The notes: generated by a model not told the origin, from the letters alone. A DNA stretch of 64,000 nt from Azolla caroliniana (GCA_043228905.1 JBHGNT010000008.1:21142001-21206000); one strand, 5' to 3'; counted from the first letter of the stretch, positions 39,675 to 53,884 are shown. Translations and numbers: made by a program.

Positions 39675-40167
39675 TCAAATAGCAATAAATGTATCTACAT
39701 CATTTTCCTCTTCCTCCTTTTGAGAAGCGTCACCGCATATCTGTGCATTGGTGTCCTCTCCAGTTAGGTGAGCAACCGTAGGGTCCTCTATAAGCTCATC
39801 GTCAAGGTCAATTAGCTCCCAGGTTCACCATCTCACGAAGGAATCAGCTCACAAATCGATGTGTTTTGCACCGACCTCTTCGTCTTGATATGGGCATTCC
39901 CATAAGGCCTTTATCCTCTTATTGATAAAGCTCAATTGTTCCTCATCCTTCTCCAATGCAACAATATTTCGGAAGAGCTTCAAAGCACTTGCAAATGTAA
40001 TACCTAAAATCAAAGTGGCAAGAAGGTTGTGTTAGCCAACCTAATGTGTTCGATTACGTTAGAATAGTCAACAAGTTTTAAATTATACTTGTGCCAGAGA
40101 AAAAATCTAATATCCAATCGCCCTCACTAGAAAACATTTCAAGAAGGTGCTTCATAAGTCATTGGGG
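39675..40167 (-). pseudogene. Second copy (last two exons) of the beta-class N6A/N4C DNA methyltransferase
   Basis: LMKHLLEMFSSEGDWILDFFSGT|intron 40088-40004|ITFASALKLFRNIVALEKDEEQLSFINKRIKALWECPYQDEEVGAKHI...; collinear with 56340-56885 and with the same intron position. Confidence 0.85.
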
Positions 40168-40490
40168 TCCATCTCAGCTGATGTACACTTCGGCTGGTAT
40201 CTGGTTCTCTCTTGTACTCCCCCTCAAGCTTGACAAATGAGGGATAATAAGTCCAAGGTTAGACATGACTTGCCGAAGCTTGTCGGCACCTAGGGCTTTG
40301 GTGAAGATCTCGGTTTTCATATCAACATCTCCAGCCTGAACGTGTCATGATATGGCATGGTATGGCTCCAAAGGAATTCGAACACATGACCTTGTGTTAC
40401 ATGGGCTAAACCCTTGCCATTAAACCATGAATTATAATACGAAAGATATTAGTTTCATTTATTATTTGTATAGGAAATTCATGTATATTC

Positions 40491-43400
40491 GTGGTTGTAC
40501 AAAAAAACAACAACAAAACCCGTTTTTGTGTTGAATATAGCAAATTGAATGCAGTAACAATCACGGGTGCCTTTCCTTTGCCGCTTACAGATAGCGTACT
40601 CGATGCCATCGCGAGCCACCAGATGTACAACTTTCTGGATGGCTTTAGCCATTACAATCAAATATGTATGCATCCAGAAGACCAAGAATAGACCACTTTT
40701 GTAACGGATTGGGGCATGTTCGTAGTTGTGGTCATGATGTTCGGGTTGAAGATCACCTCAACAATGTTCCAACGCATCATCACTGAAATTTTTGGTGAGT
40801 TCATCCCCACGTTCATGCAAGTTTTTCTCAATGAATTTGCCGTATATGGAGCGCGAGCGGATCATTTAGGTCGTTTACGCCTATGCTTGGCGCGATGTCG
40901 TTCAGCACGGCTTAGCCTCAATCCAGCCAAATGTGCGTTTGGTGTCACGAGCGAAGCCCTTCTCAGACACATAGTGAGCAAAGAAGGTATTGTGGTAGAT
41001 CCCGGAAAAATCAAAGCCATCGTTGAGACCCCAGACCCACGCAACGCAAAAGCTCTTAGTCGCTTCTTGGGTCAGATTCGTTGGCACAACTCCACGTTGC
41101 GTTATTTGGCAGATTTCTCCACCCTATTACATGCAACGATGCATCACACTCCCTTCAAGTGGACAACAACAGAAGACAAGGTGTACTTAGTGCTAAAAGT
41201 AATGCTTACGCTGGCACCAGTCGTACAACCTCTTGTCTGGACGAAGCCATTTCACGTGTTCATGGACGCATCCGACATAGCCATTGGTAGCACACTCATG
41301 TAGCTAACCGAACCGAAATGGTATCGGCCAGTGTACTACTCTAGCCACAAATTAACAGACGCCGAACGAAATTACTCCATGACAGAGTGCGAAGCATTAA
41401 GCATGATATATAGCGTCAACAAATTTCGGCATTATCTATTAGGTAGGAAGTTAACCTTTCACATTCATCACACGGCGCTACTCTATCGCGTCTCAAAATA
41501 GTCGTTGACCAGCAAGCTGGCCTATTGGATGTTGTTGTTACAGAGTTCGCTTTCGACATCCAGCATCGGCTAGGGACCCAACACGCAGTGGCCAATTATC
41601 TGAGCCGGATCGAAAATGGAGAAGAAACGGTCGAAGGGCACGACGGTTTTCCGGATACTGGAATCCTGCGTATTTCGGCAAGCAATGCCGATGAAGGCAC
41701 ACACTCCCGGACAAATGGCTGGAGGAAATGACATATTTCTTAAGTATGGGGTTGCCACCTCCACGTCTGCGTATAGATGAAAAGAAGCGTTTGGTGGTCA
41801 GAAGCCGGAATTTTTGTCTGCTCGAAGGAATACTATACCATAAAGGAAGCGACAATATCTGGCGAAGGTGTGTACACCAGGGTGAGAAGAGCGCAGTATT
41901 ACGAGAAGCTCACTATGGAATTGCAGGGGTTCACTACGCAGGGGAGGCAACCACACGTAAGATATGGCAAGGAGGACTCTGGTGGCCGACGACACAAAAG
42001 GATGCCCACATGTACTGTAAAGATTGCGACCCATGTCAGCTAATGGGCCAACCAATAGAAATTACCATGGATGCCCCATCAACAAGTGCTATCGCTAGAA
42101 CCATTCCAAAAATGGGGTCTTGATTTCGTCGGACCATTTACTCCAGCGGCGGCACAGACAGGTAATAGGTACATCCTCGTGGCCACGGACTACTGTACGA
42201 AATGGGTCGAAGCAAAAGCTTTACGAGATAACACGGCGGCATCCATGACGCAATTCTTAAACGAGCACATCTGGTGCTGGTTTGGATGCCCTATAGAGCT
42301 AATCAGCAACCAAGGAGGCCATTTCCTCAACGCTGTGTCACGGTATACCGCGGGTACGTGTAGGATCTTAGGTGGGACCACGGGGGTCTTGGACTAGGGA
42401 GACGGATGGTGGAGTCCTTAAACTTTGTAGTCTTCGGTCCGGAATCGGCTTCCAGCTCCAATGAATGTAGGGTTTCACAAAAAGACGGTTCACCGCGAAT
42501 ATGGACCCCAACTCAAATATGCTACAAGGAAGATAGATATACACTAACATGAATATATATTACAAGAGTTTTACAACAAGACAGTTACATGCCCAAATCC
42601 GGTGGCTATTACAAACAAGATAAGAATGGGGGACTGGCGAAGGCGAGTCAAGTGGGCCGTCGGGACAGCGACATCCATCGTTGGTCACGCCCCGAAGAAG
42701 ATGGAGTGTTCCCGTGCCACTTCGCCCTCCCTTCGCGAACCGGCCGCCATGTGAAACACTCTCCATCGAGGAGAGGAAACCGAACCTTCAAGTGCCGCCA
42801 CCAGAATGCCGAAAGCCATCGTTGCTGAAACCCCGAACCAGTCCAAACTCTCACACGAAGAAGAGAGAGCAACACCTGAAACCCTAAACTGCATAAACCC
42901 TAACTCGCAAGAACTCTCACAAGAAGAAGAACCTAAACGAAATACCAACGTCCACTCGAAAGAATGAACCAAACCCACAAGACAATGAAGAAGACAAAAA
43001 TGAAACCCTAAAACGAAATAGGGTGAAAGACCAAAGTAGAAACCCTATAGGAATAAGAATAAGAAGAAGACCAAGAAAACTACCAAACCCCATATTTAAG
43101 TGGTATATCCTCCTAACTCAAAATGGGCAACCCTTTTACAAGGGGCACTCCCTTCCTTTTATAGAACAAGGAGAGGGATGCGTAACAATGTGGGATAAAT
43201 CCCGTTGTACATGGGATCCTTTGTCCCGAATTATCTCCTGTTCGGCGCCATAAAGGAGCCCCTATTATTCACACATTTATACAAGGGTAAGTGCACATGA
43301 TGCACTCCACCGATTCCTCCAATATCTCCCAGTTTCTCATTGTAGCCCAGAATCTTCACAACAGCGGTAATCCACGATCTCACCGACCATTACGCCATAG

Positions 43401-45780
43401 TGCACAAGAAAAGCACGGCCTAATATCCATAGGCAAATGGACTCACGGAATCAACGAATAAAACGTTCCAGAACATCCTAAAGAAAATTGTCAACAAAAA
43501 CCGCACGGATTGGGACACTAAACTGCGCAGCGCCCTCTAGGTGCACCGTACCAATTTCAAGACCAGTATCCAATCAACTCCATTCCGGCTAGCATTCGGA
43601 CTAGAAGTTGTAATGCCTATGGAATTTTAGGTTCCGAGTTTACGGATACAAGTTTGAGAGCGCCTTTCCGAACAACAGTCTGAGCAAGTCCGCTTACAAC
43701 AAGATAGAAATTTTCGAGCAAGAACAACGCCGATGGAAAGCAATCATAGATCGACACCGCGACACCAACGAGAAATTGTGTATTTGAAAAGCCATCCTAG
43801 TGTTCCGAACACACATAGGACATATGCCAGGAAAACTGTGGTTCAAATGGACCGGGTCGTATTGGATAGTAGGAATGGGACGTTCGAGCTAGGCACTCTC
43901 GCAGGGGAAATTCTACACCAAACAGTCAACGATTTTAGGCTGGAGCCGTATTGGGGACCCACACCGCCGAACCCTTTCCGAATCGATACAAAAAATGGGC
44001 CACTTCCTGCCACGACGATTGTGGGTAATTGACGCATGTCACATTGAACAAGGCCTCACTTGTAAGTATGTAACACTAATGTACTACAATGACAACCATA
44101 ACCATTAGGTATGAAATGGGAAAAAAAGGGGTGGCATTCACGAATATTTAAGGAGGTTACATGCAGACACAACTTCCAAGAAAGCAAGTACACGCATCCA
44201 CACAATGGCTCGACAAATCTTGAACTCTAACATTTCATTTTCACAAAAAGAGGAAGTGAGCCGCTTCTCTACACATATGAGAAAGCCCTCACGATCTCTT
44301 AGCTCTCCTCGCTCTCCTCCCTCTCCTCGTTCACCTTGCTATCATAGAAGCTCTTTTGCTCGACCCTTGCTTTCAACTCGTTCCCCTCGACCTTCTCAGC
44401 TCGTCCCCAAAGACACTAGTAGCATGACGATTGATATCTCCCCAGCTCTACGGAGGTGGCTCCATGACAAAGGACTCACAAGCTACATCCGGGTAGCAGA
44501 AGTGCTGCCCCACCCAAACTCACAAGACATGGCAAGGAAGCTCAATATTGACACCATCACAAATGCCAGCATCAGGAAGAAGTTGGGCCTGTCCAAAAGT
44601 GGAGAACGCCACTTCGAGCTCCCTCCAGCAGGGGTTCTCGAGCGTTACTTTGGGGAGTACTTCATCTCGGCCAAAGCATACAGGATGCGGGATGTGCCTG
44701 ACCCTTTCTTTCGCGAAGTTGCGAAGTTGCGAAGTTTTTACTAGAGTTAGGGTGCGTGCACACTAATGCGTATGGGATGTCAAAACAAAAAGCAGGCATC
44801 GTCATCATGACGTTCGAGGGACATGCCATAGATTGGGGAGTCATAACAGGGCCGACTCTTCACGATGGTCTTCATGTGTTCCAGGCCGGGAAGAAACTTC
44901 GCCCCATCATTCAACAGTATTTGACGATACTCTTTCCTCCCCAAGCCCTCCCCGCCCCTGAAACAGCCCGCCCTGCAACCCACGCCGCGACCGTGAAAAT
45001 GTAAGCTCACCGAACTTGCCACAACCGAGTGGGAGGATGAAGAAAGTATGCGGGAAACGGAACCCATAGCTCCGCAAGTAGAACAACAACCTATCCCCAT
45101 CCCACGAGTCGAACCATGTCCTGCTACGGATACACAGGTTGCACAGGAGCAGGCTTCCGAAAGCCCAAAGGCCAAACGTAAAAGGTTGGACAGAAAGGAT
45201 GGTTGCGGGCTTGTCAAAGACATGGCTCCGCGGACTGAGATTCCCACCACAACAAGAGCCAAGACGATATTGGAATTGATTCCCAAACAATCGCAACGGG
45301 GTAAGGGCATACTAACATCCGAGGTAGAAGTGTTGTCCTACCCGGACATTCTAGACACAACCCATGAATTCGGAGCTCTGTTACAATTTAGCACCACCTT
45401 CGAACTCATGGAGTTCCTGGCCACCCAACAAGTTAAGGTGTCGCAACGCATGGCAGAGGAGCACGCCGAATGACATATGATTGAGCGTGCGCTGACACAT
45501 ACAACGGAAAGCGAATAGGAAGGCTCTCTAGCTAGGGTCGGCCGAAAGTGGAACTCAAGCATCCGAAGAATCGGCATCGAGCTGCCCCCCCTAAATACGG
45601 CATTGGTGGAAGTATACAAGGAGCTCGCGTCGGTTACCATCGGCGCCAAAGATATGGCGGGAAAAAATTAAAATCAATGGAAAACGATAAAACTAACGCA
45701 GAAGTAGGTAGAGAAGGCGCAACACAAAATCGCAGAGCTTGAGCGCGACACACAAGCACGGATGGAGCCGGCTCCCACTC
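40491..45780 (+). mobile_element. Non-chromovirus Ty3/Gypsy relic (RT, RNase H, integrase) with an extra 3' ORF
   Basis: FLDGFSHYNQI, LNPAKCAF, VFMDASDIAIG, WGLDFVGPF/DYCTKWVEA. Additional sense ORFs at 44205-45750. Confidence 0.85.
42336..43363. mobile_element. About 1-kb solo LTR inserted in the Gypsy integrase
   Basis: TG..CA ends. The integrase HFLNAV|IHDL frame is restored by removing a 4-bp duplication (gctg/gcgg). Confidence 0.75.
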
Positions 45781-45789
45781 TCAAGACAA

Positions 45790-48700
45790 AGATAGATAGA
45801 GAGAGAGAGAGAGAGAAAGATAATCGAAAGGGAAATATTATCTTGTAGTGTAAAACGGATTACAAAGAGTAGGCAACAGAGTGCTATAGTATGATGTTGA
45901 ACCAATTTAGTTTTGGGATGATTGATAGATCCCTATTTATAAGTAATATAGAACACTCTAGAATATTCTAGGTCATTCTAGAATGTAGAGTAATCTAGAA
46001 GGTTTCTAAATTATTCTAGAATGATTTAGAATGCAGGGCAATATAGAATATTCCTATGATATTAGATTATATATTTTTAAAACTATACATATAAAGATAT
46101 TATTACAATGGTTAAGGATTTGACATGTGTATAAGAAGGTTGTGGGTTCAAATCTTTTTAAGGCATAATGTGAGTGTCATCATGACACTAAATTGTCTAG
46201 AGAGAGAGAGAGAATTGAAAAGGAAATATTATATTGCAATCTAAAACGAATTACAAAGAGTTAGATCCCTATTTATAAGTAATATAGAACACTCTAGAAT
46301 ATTCTAGGTCATTCTAGAATGTAGAATAATCTAGAATGTTTCTAGAAGGTTCTAGTATGTAGAATATTCTAGGTCATTCTAGAATGTTGAGTAATATAGA
46401 ATATTCCTATGATATTAGATTATATATTCCAAAAACTATACATATAAACATATTATTACAATGGTTAAGGATTTGACATGTGTATAACGAGGTCATGGGT
46501 TCAAATCTTTTGAAGGCATAATGTGAGTGTCATCATGACACTATCCCCTTTCTTCAACGACATGTCTCACGGGTCGTAGGGTTTGTACTAGGACCTGGTT
46601 TATGAAGATATTGACGATGAAATGTGGTGACCATGTCCGCGGCATTGGAAAGATTTACTGCAAGTTCCCAAGTTAGATCATTGGGGGTATAGCCTAACCA
46701 ATCAACCAAGTAATACAACTGGATTCGTACTATTTTAAAATCGAGAATGGCAACAACCTCAAATTCGAGTCCTTCCAAGAACTCAACAGGTGCGGGGGGG
46801 TGTTGTAAGACGGCCGGGAATTGAACTTGTGGTGTAAGGTTCCAAAAGGGATACATGAAACACCGGATGAAGACGCATGTGCAAACGGAGGCCAAGATGA
46901 AATGCAACATCACTTATCTTACTAGTGATCATGTAAGGGCCAAAACGTTGGTAATCCAATTTACTACAAGGCCGAGTGGTCTTGATGTTGTGTTGGAGAA
47001 GCCATACACAATCCCCAACACAGAAAGTTTTGGAGGACTCTAGGCGATGACGATCCGCAAGCCGCTTGTGTGTAACTTGAGCATCATGCAAATTGTGGAG
47101 AATGGTAGCGTGAATTTCTTGGAGGCGACTAAGACGATCCTCAGCAGTAGGGTTGGTAGGAATGCCTGGATGCGCATTCATCGTCCGCCAAGGATGACAA
47201 CCCGTATTTGCAAAAAATGGAGAATATCCTGTAGAAGAATGGACTGAGTTGTTGTAAGCAAATTCAGCCAAGTACAAAAAATCAACCCAATCATCTTGTT
47301 GGTAGTTGATGAAACAATGAAGATATTGCTCTAGAGTCTGGTTGGTACGCTCAGTTTGGCCATTAGTCTCAGGACGATAGCCTGAAGAAAGCTTAGCCGA
47401 AACGCAGAGAAGTTTGAATGTGCTTCCAAAACTTTGAGATGAATTGTGGACCACGATCACTAATAATATCATCTGGCAAACCATGATGCCTAAATACCTC
47501 CCACTTAACAGATCGACCACCTCTTGACTTGTAATAGATTTCATACATGGCAAGAAATGTGCCATTTTGGTAAGTTGATCAACCACCGTGAGAACTACAT
47601 CAAAACCTTTTGAAACTGGGAGATCAGTAATGAAATCCAAGGATTTTCCGGAATGGGAAGTGGTTGGAGTAAGCCATAGGATCGGTGTTGAGGACTCTTC
47701 GATCGACAAAATGTATCACAACTACGGATATACTGTTCAACAAAATGACGAAAGCCAGGCCACCAATAGTGTCGAGAAACGAATTCTAGAGTTTTGCGAA
47801 CTCCAAAATGGCCAGCCATTGGTGAGTCATGGCAATGGTGTAAAACTTGTAGTCGTGGGGAACCATCAGGAACATACAGTAGGTTTTGTTGAAACAGAAA
47901 ACCACCATGCCAATAGAATTGACGATAGTCATTACGAGGGTTTTTCGACTATGAGCAAGAAGCACGATCCGGGACAATATGATCCAAAACATCCTTGGCG
48001 AATTCATCAATGGCCATATGATCTCGAATGGAATCAAGAAGAGTGGAATCTTCAAGAGTTGTTATGGCATTACCTACCATTAATCATAGGCGATTAGGAC
48101 CCAAAAGGATTTGTTTTTGATGCTCGAACGTTGGTTCCCCTGGATGAAGTTCATATAAGAGAGTCGAGAAAGAGCATTTGCTTTGCCTTGCTGCATCCTA
48201 GGGAGATATATGATGACAATGTCAAAGTGAGTCAAAATTTGTGCCCATTGGGCTTGTCGCCGACTCAAGACTCGAGCATTTTGGAAATATGTCAGGTTCT
48301 TATGATCGTTGTAAACAATTATCTACTGAGAAGAACCTTCTAGAAAATGTCGCCATTGTTGAAAAGAACCCACAATTGCACGAAGTTCTTTGTCATGGAT
48401 CTCGTAGTTGATCTCTATAGCTTCAAACTTTCGGGAATGAAAGGCGACAGGGTGTAGATGTCCATCATCTCCAATTCGCGATAGGACACTACCTAGTGCA
48501 AAATTGGACGCATCAGCTTTAAGGATGAAGCGTTTTGTTGGGTCGACATGTGCTAAAATAGGTGTCATTGTAAACGCTCATTATAAGCTTTCAAATGCCT
48601 TGGCTGCATCTGAACTGCATATGAATGGCTTTTTTTTGTGTGTGAGTTGAGTGAGCGGAAGCGAGACCTCAGAATAATCTTTAATAAATTTCCGATAAAA

Positions 48701-49600
48701 ATTTGCAAACCTGAGAAAACATTGCACATCACACACTAAAAGGGGCGTCTGCCACTCTAAAATTGCTTGCACCTTCATGGGGTCCATAGCAATACAATCT
48801 GATGATACAACATACCCCAAAAATTCCACTTGATTCTGGCCAAAACTACACTTTTCTAATTTTGCGTAGAGACCATTTCTTGTAGTCGACGTAGTACCTA
48901 ACGAACATGTTCATCATGCTCCTCTTGGGTCATCAAGTAGATTAAAATGACATCCAAGTAAATTATAGTGAAGATATCGAGAAAATCTCGAAAAATATTA
49001 TTCACCATGTGTTGGAAAGCTTCAGGTGCATCTGTGAGACCAAATGGCATCACAATATACTCGAAATGTCCATAGCAGGTGCGAAAAGCAGTATTCCATC
49101 CATCCCCCGGACAAATCCAAACTAGATTATATGCACCGTGAAGGTCCAACTTCGTGAAATATTTTTCTCCACTAAGACGTTCCAAAAGATTCAGGATTAA
49201 CGGTAGAGCATATCTATTCCGGATAATCACTTTGTTTAGCCCTCGATAATCCACGACCAACCAAAGAGTCTCATTCTTTTTCTTAACGAAGAAGATAGGT
49301 GCACCAGCAGGGGATCTGTAGTGCCGAATGAATCCGTTTGCCAGATTCTCATCGATATATTCCCCCAAAGTCTCTAGCTCTACAGGGGAGAGATTATAAA
49401 TTGGGCCCTATGGAGGTTCTTTCCCTGAATGTAAGTCAATAGGGCAGTCGTATGGCCGATGCTCTAGCAATGTATTGGCCTTTACCTTATCAAAGACATC
49501 TAAGACTCTTTGTATTTCTCTGGTAGTTTAATGCCCGCTTCATGTAAAGTGGATGATGGAGTTGCTACTATTGCGAAGAAGAACATGACCTCGTTTCGCC
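45790..49600 (-). mobile_element. Chromovirus (Gypsy with chromodomain) relic with tandemly duplicated 3' LTR
   Basis: SPAGAPIFFVKKK and KLDLHGAYN (RT), ADASNFALG (RNase H), LDFITDLP/GQTERTNQ (integrase), EFEVVAILD..YLVDWLGY..TWE (chromodomain). PPT at 46541-46557; LTR copies end at 46187 and 46540. Confidence 0.9.
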
Positions 49601-49769
49601 TTTCCTCACACAACTAACATATATGCAACTAATTAGCTGTCAGTAGCTAAATAGTTGTCTCACCTTTATGTCCACTAGTAGCTAATTAGCTAATAACTAT
49701 TATAGCTTATTTCTCAATAAGCATCACATACCTTTGTTGAGCTTGCTTCTCAACATCTAGGACTTCAAG

Positions 49770-50530
49770 TACCTCAGGAATTATGGAATAGCAAGAAGCC
49801 GAATTACGACAAGTTGAGGATTTTCAGATGCGAGGCATACGCCCTCATACCAAAAGTCAACCACCACAAATTAGAACTGAGGTCCAGGAAATGTACTTTC
49901 CTTGGCTATGGACTAGACGGCAAGATCGGATACCAACTCTGGGATCCCTAGCACTGACAGATCGTCTAAAGTTCGGACGTAGTGTTCAATGAGACAGTTA
50001 TGCACAAAACAGCCGAAAGGCCTATTAAAGTCCAAAGGATAACCTTTTCATATGTGCCGAACCTTCACGCAGGTCCAACCCACAACACGAGGTCCGCATC
50101 ATGGGTATCCGAATCCTCTCGCACCGACTCGGCAACGTTCAACTCAGCACAGCCGAATGATTCGGTTTTGGACCATCCGACTGAGATACCCGATGTGACT
50201 AGTCCAATCATACCTCGAAGATCCGAGAGACTGTCATAGCCCTGGAGAGGTACTCTCTTGGTATCTTCTTTACAGACATCGGTGAACCGTCGTCATATGA
50301 AGAAGCATTGGTATCAGCCGATTCCGGCACATGGCATTTGGCGATGGAGTCAGAAATGAACTCCATTAGGGCAAACAAGACTTGGGATTTGGTTGAACTA
50401 CCGAAAAATCAACGTGCTCTTTCGTGCAAGTGGGTCTACAAACTAAAAGAGACGTCTGATTCGGCCACCCCAAAATTCAAGGTTAGATTAGTAGCTAAGG
50501 GCTTCCGACAAGAATATGGCGTCGACTTCG
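49770..50530 (+). mobile_element. Copia integrase-RT fragment
   Basis: AMESEMNSIRANKTWDLV, CKWVYKLK, RLVAKGFRQ. Confidence 0.8.
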
Positions 50531-51239
50531 GGACTACGTCATTCCAGGGAAAATCGGCCTCAAGAAGATACCTACACCCGATAATGTCGCAGATGGGATG
50601 ACCAAGTGTGTTTTGGTGGATTGATTCCAATCCCTTTGGCACCAGATGGGCGTAATGAAGAATCAGTCCTATTGAGTCAGACATTCAGGACGGTTTCAAA
50701 TAATCATCATCGATAGTTCGAGGCTCGGGTTCAGTTCTTCCGACCCCGGCCGATTCGGCATTTTGCTCTCGGATTTTGCCAACTTGAACAAAACTGAATT
50801 GTTCGACAACCTTGTATATATCTATACTCCTTTTTCGTTTATTATAGATTCCTTGTTGTATAGACCCATTACGGGGAAGTGTCAAATATAGGTCTCTAAT
50901 GGACGTATTCACATTGTCCCATTGGACACACTAGGTTTAGGCTATTTCTGTAAATAGTGGAAAGGGAAGTTGCCCTAAGTCAGTTAGTATTCAAACTAAC
51001 TTTTGTAACCTAATGAAAAAGGTTGTTCATTTTTTGTTATTGTCGCGATTCTATTTGTAACTCAGAGCTTGAATAATACAATTACATCTTGCTTGTGCTA
51101 TCATTTTCTTCTTCTTCCCATTGCTTTGTTGATCTTGTCTTATGATCTAGTTTCCTATTGCTCTAAATTTGTTTCTCTATCTATTGATCTGATAATCTTC
51201 ATAATCCAGAGTGCTAAGATATTGTTCCACATCGGACGA

Positions 51240-52020
51240 CTGCTTACAACACTAGCCTTCAAAGAGAAAGAGATTGAAGGTGTATGTGAAGCTTGCCAAT
51301 TCAACAAACAACGTCAGCAACCATTTCCGAAAGTAAGAAACGTAAGCAAATGTCTCCTAGACGTAATCCACTTAGATGTGTGGGGTCCGCTCAAACGACA
51401 AAATTCGGAGGATGTCGATACTATGTTACCTTTATCGAAGACTTCTCCAGGCACACCTGGATCTTTCCCATGAGGTAGAAGAGTGAAGTGTTCGCACACT
51501 TATTAAAATTCAAAAGTGGAGTCGAAAAGGAAACAAGTCAACATGTTTGATGCCTTCGGTTAGATGGAGGAAAAAAGTACTTCTTTGATGAATTTTCGAC
51601 TTATCTTCGGAAAGAAGGAATCCGGCGAGAGTTTACGTGCTGACATACACCACAACAGAACGGAGTGACTGAACACAAAAATCGGCACATCCTCGAAGTA
51701 GCAAGGGCCACGCTGAACGAGAAGCACATACCGAAGTCATATTGGACCAACGCAACATGCATAGTCATCTACCTAATGAACCAATGTACAACATCCGGCC
51801 GCACGATGTAATCGCTCATGAGAAATATTACAGAAGAAAGCCAGATCTATCCCAAGTTAGGATATTCGGCTCTATTGCATACGTGTACATCCCCAACGAA
51901 AAGCGGCAAAAGCTAGATCCAAAGTCGGAGAAATGTATCCTCATAGGATACTCACTAGAGCAAAAGAGGTACAAACGCTTCAACTCCTCTACTTGGAAGG
52001 TTTGCCGGAATATGAAGATG
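51240..52020 (+). mobile_element. Copia integrase fragment
   Basis: CEACQ, DVWGP, KLDPKSEKCILIGY. Confidence 0.8.
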
Positions 52021-53868
52021 ATCAATCCGAACTCTCATCGTGGATACGCTGATTTCGCTATTGTCAATCTCCGTCATATGAGCGCAACTCGGCCTGCCCA
52101 CCGCGAGTGGAACGCCCGTTGTCATAGTGTCGTCCTCCCCAAGGATTATAGTGATCATTTCTTGGGTACTCCTCTTACTCCTGAGCCTCATCCTCCAAAT
52201 AGGGATCATTGTCACGGTGATGAAGATTGGGACGGCCCGAACGATGGTTGCACTCCGAACTCCGGTAGCACTCCTCTTTTTGGCTCTGGTCGCTTTGTCG
52301 ATTAGTACACTGAGGCTCGATATGGCGTACCAGTGCTACAAGGCGATTTAACATATTATATTCGCATTGGTCCACGTATTCACCCATGAGTGACAAATAG
52401 GATAGTGAACTCGCATGTTGTAATCGACCATTGAGTGTCCCGGGTTTAAACAGATTGTGCACTAGATGGCCTGTCGGAAATGATAATCCTCATCTCTTGG
52501 TAATGCTTTCCGTAACGATTCCAAGGACAACCCATCATCCTCGTCTTCTAACTCTAGCTGTAGGGCCCGTTCAATGACCGTGTTCGTCGTTTGTCACGTG
52601 AAGTTTTGCATTCCCAACCTCATTCGCAATGGCCAGCGCAAGGCAACTAAAAATGTTTATTTTGCCTCGTCTTCCGTGGGAGCTCTTGTCAGTTGGCGTC
52701 TTAGATTCTAGAACCGTAGGCTGAAATCAACAACTGACTCTTGTTGGAGCTGTCGAATAGAGTAGATCTCACATTGCGGAATGCTTCGGTGAAAGAAGCA
52801 TAAAAAAGCCGAGTGGAGTTGGTCAAAGGGGACGAAAGTTGCGATGTCGAGCTAGGAATGCCATCAGGCGGCGCATCCATCGAGGTTCAGGCCAAACTCA
52901 AGGATTTTGGAAGTGTGGGATTCGGCTTCCGGAAGCTGCTTCGACACATGGTTCGCATTCCAAACATTTAGGAATGACCGAGTATGACCTTCGGCGTCGG
53001 TTTCTCCGCTGAAGCAAGGGTACGAGAAAGCCATTACAGTAGATTGTCCGGGGCCGGGGTAGATACTATCGACATGGTGTGGGGAGGTTTGTGTTGTGCT
53101 CATGGTTTCATTATGGTTGTGAAGTGGGGATAGGACCTCCTGCCCAGTTCCGCTTTGCTCAGTGAGCGTCGACTTGCGTGTACTCTCCGAGATATCCGGA
53201 AACCAGTTCTTGAGGCATGCTTTTTGCGCAGCGCATTCTGCTGCCCTTTGGGTTTCAGCCCGAGTCTGTGGTCTAACTTGACAAATTGGTTCTTTGCTGC
53301 ATCGGCGGCTAGACATCCGTTCCCTAATGTTCGGTTGTGAAAATCACAGACCACCTAGCGTGCCAAAAGTGTTACCGGCTAGGGTAAACACGGCCTACCC
53401 TCGGTCCTTCGGGGTATGGCTCAAGAAGATTATGGTGCAAGGAAGGGAGAGCGTATACAGGCTATTCACGAATGGTTACGAGCGTAGTGCATAACATGGT
53501 GTAAGCTTAGGTGAAAGAGAAGTAGGAAGACGGCTACAACCAACTTCCTTCGCACGATGTGTAATCTTTACACAAAATCACTTACACAATTAATCACGCA
53601 CAGGGTATACGCACCAGTTGAGAGACACACGATTTGGAGCAACAAAACTATATTCAGAGATTACCCAAAATTCTATGCTAGTCTTAAAAAGTTTCCCATG
53701 CCCTTTATATAGGGTCATGGTTGGTTACGCTTGGAGTGTGAACCATTACAGGCGTTCATAATGCTTCATTCTATACCTACGGCCTCATAGTTACGCTATG
53801 GTTGTTTCTGTCCCTACACCTTCCTTTTCGTCTACCTTTTCCTAGTTGACCGACTTAGGAGGCCAACA
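52020..53868 (-). mobile_element. Gypsy 5' LTR (53370-53868), PBS and degenerate gag
   Basis: TG..CA LTR followed on the minus strand by a TGGCACGC PBS; gag-like YPCFSGETDAEGH. The LTR resembles 62066-62531. Confidence 0.65.
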
Positions 53869-53884
53869 CTTGTATGTGGTAAAA

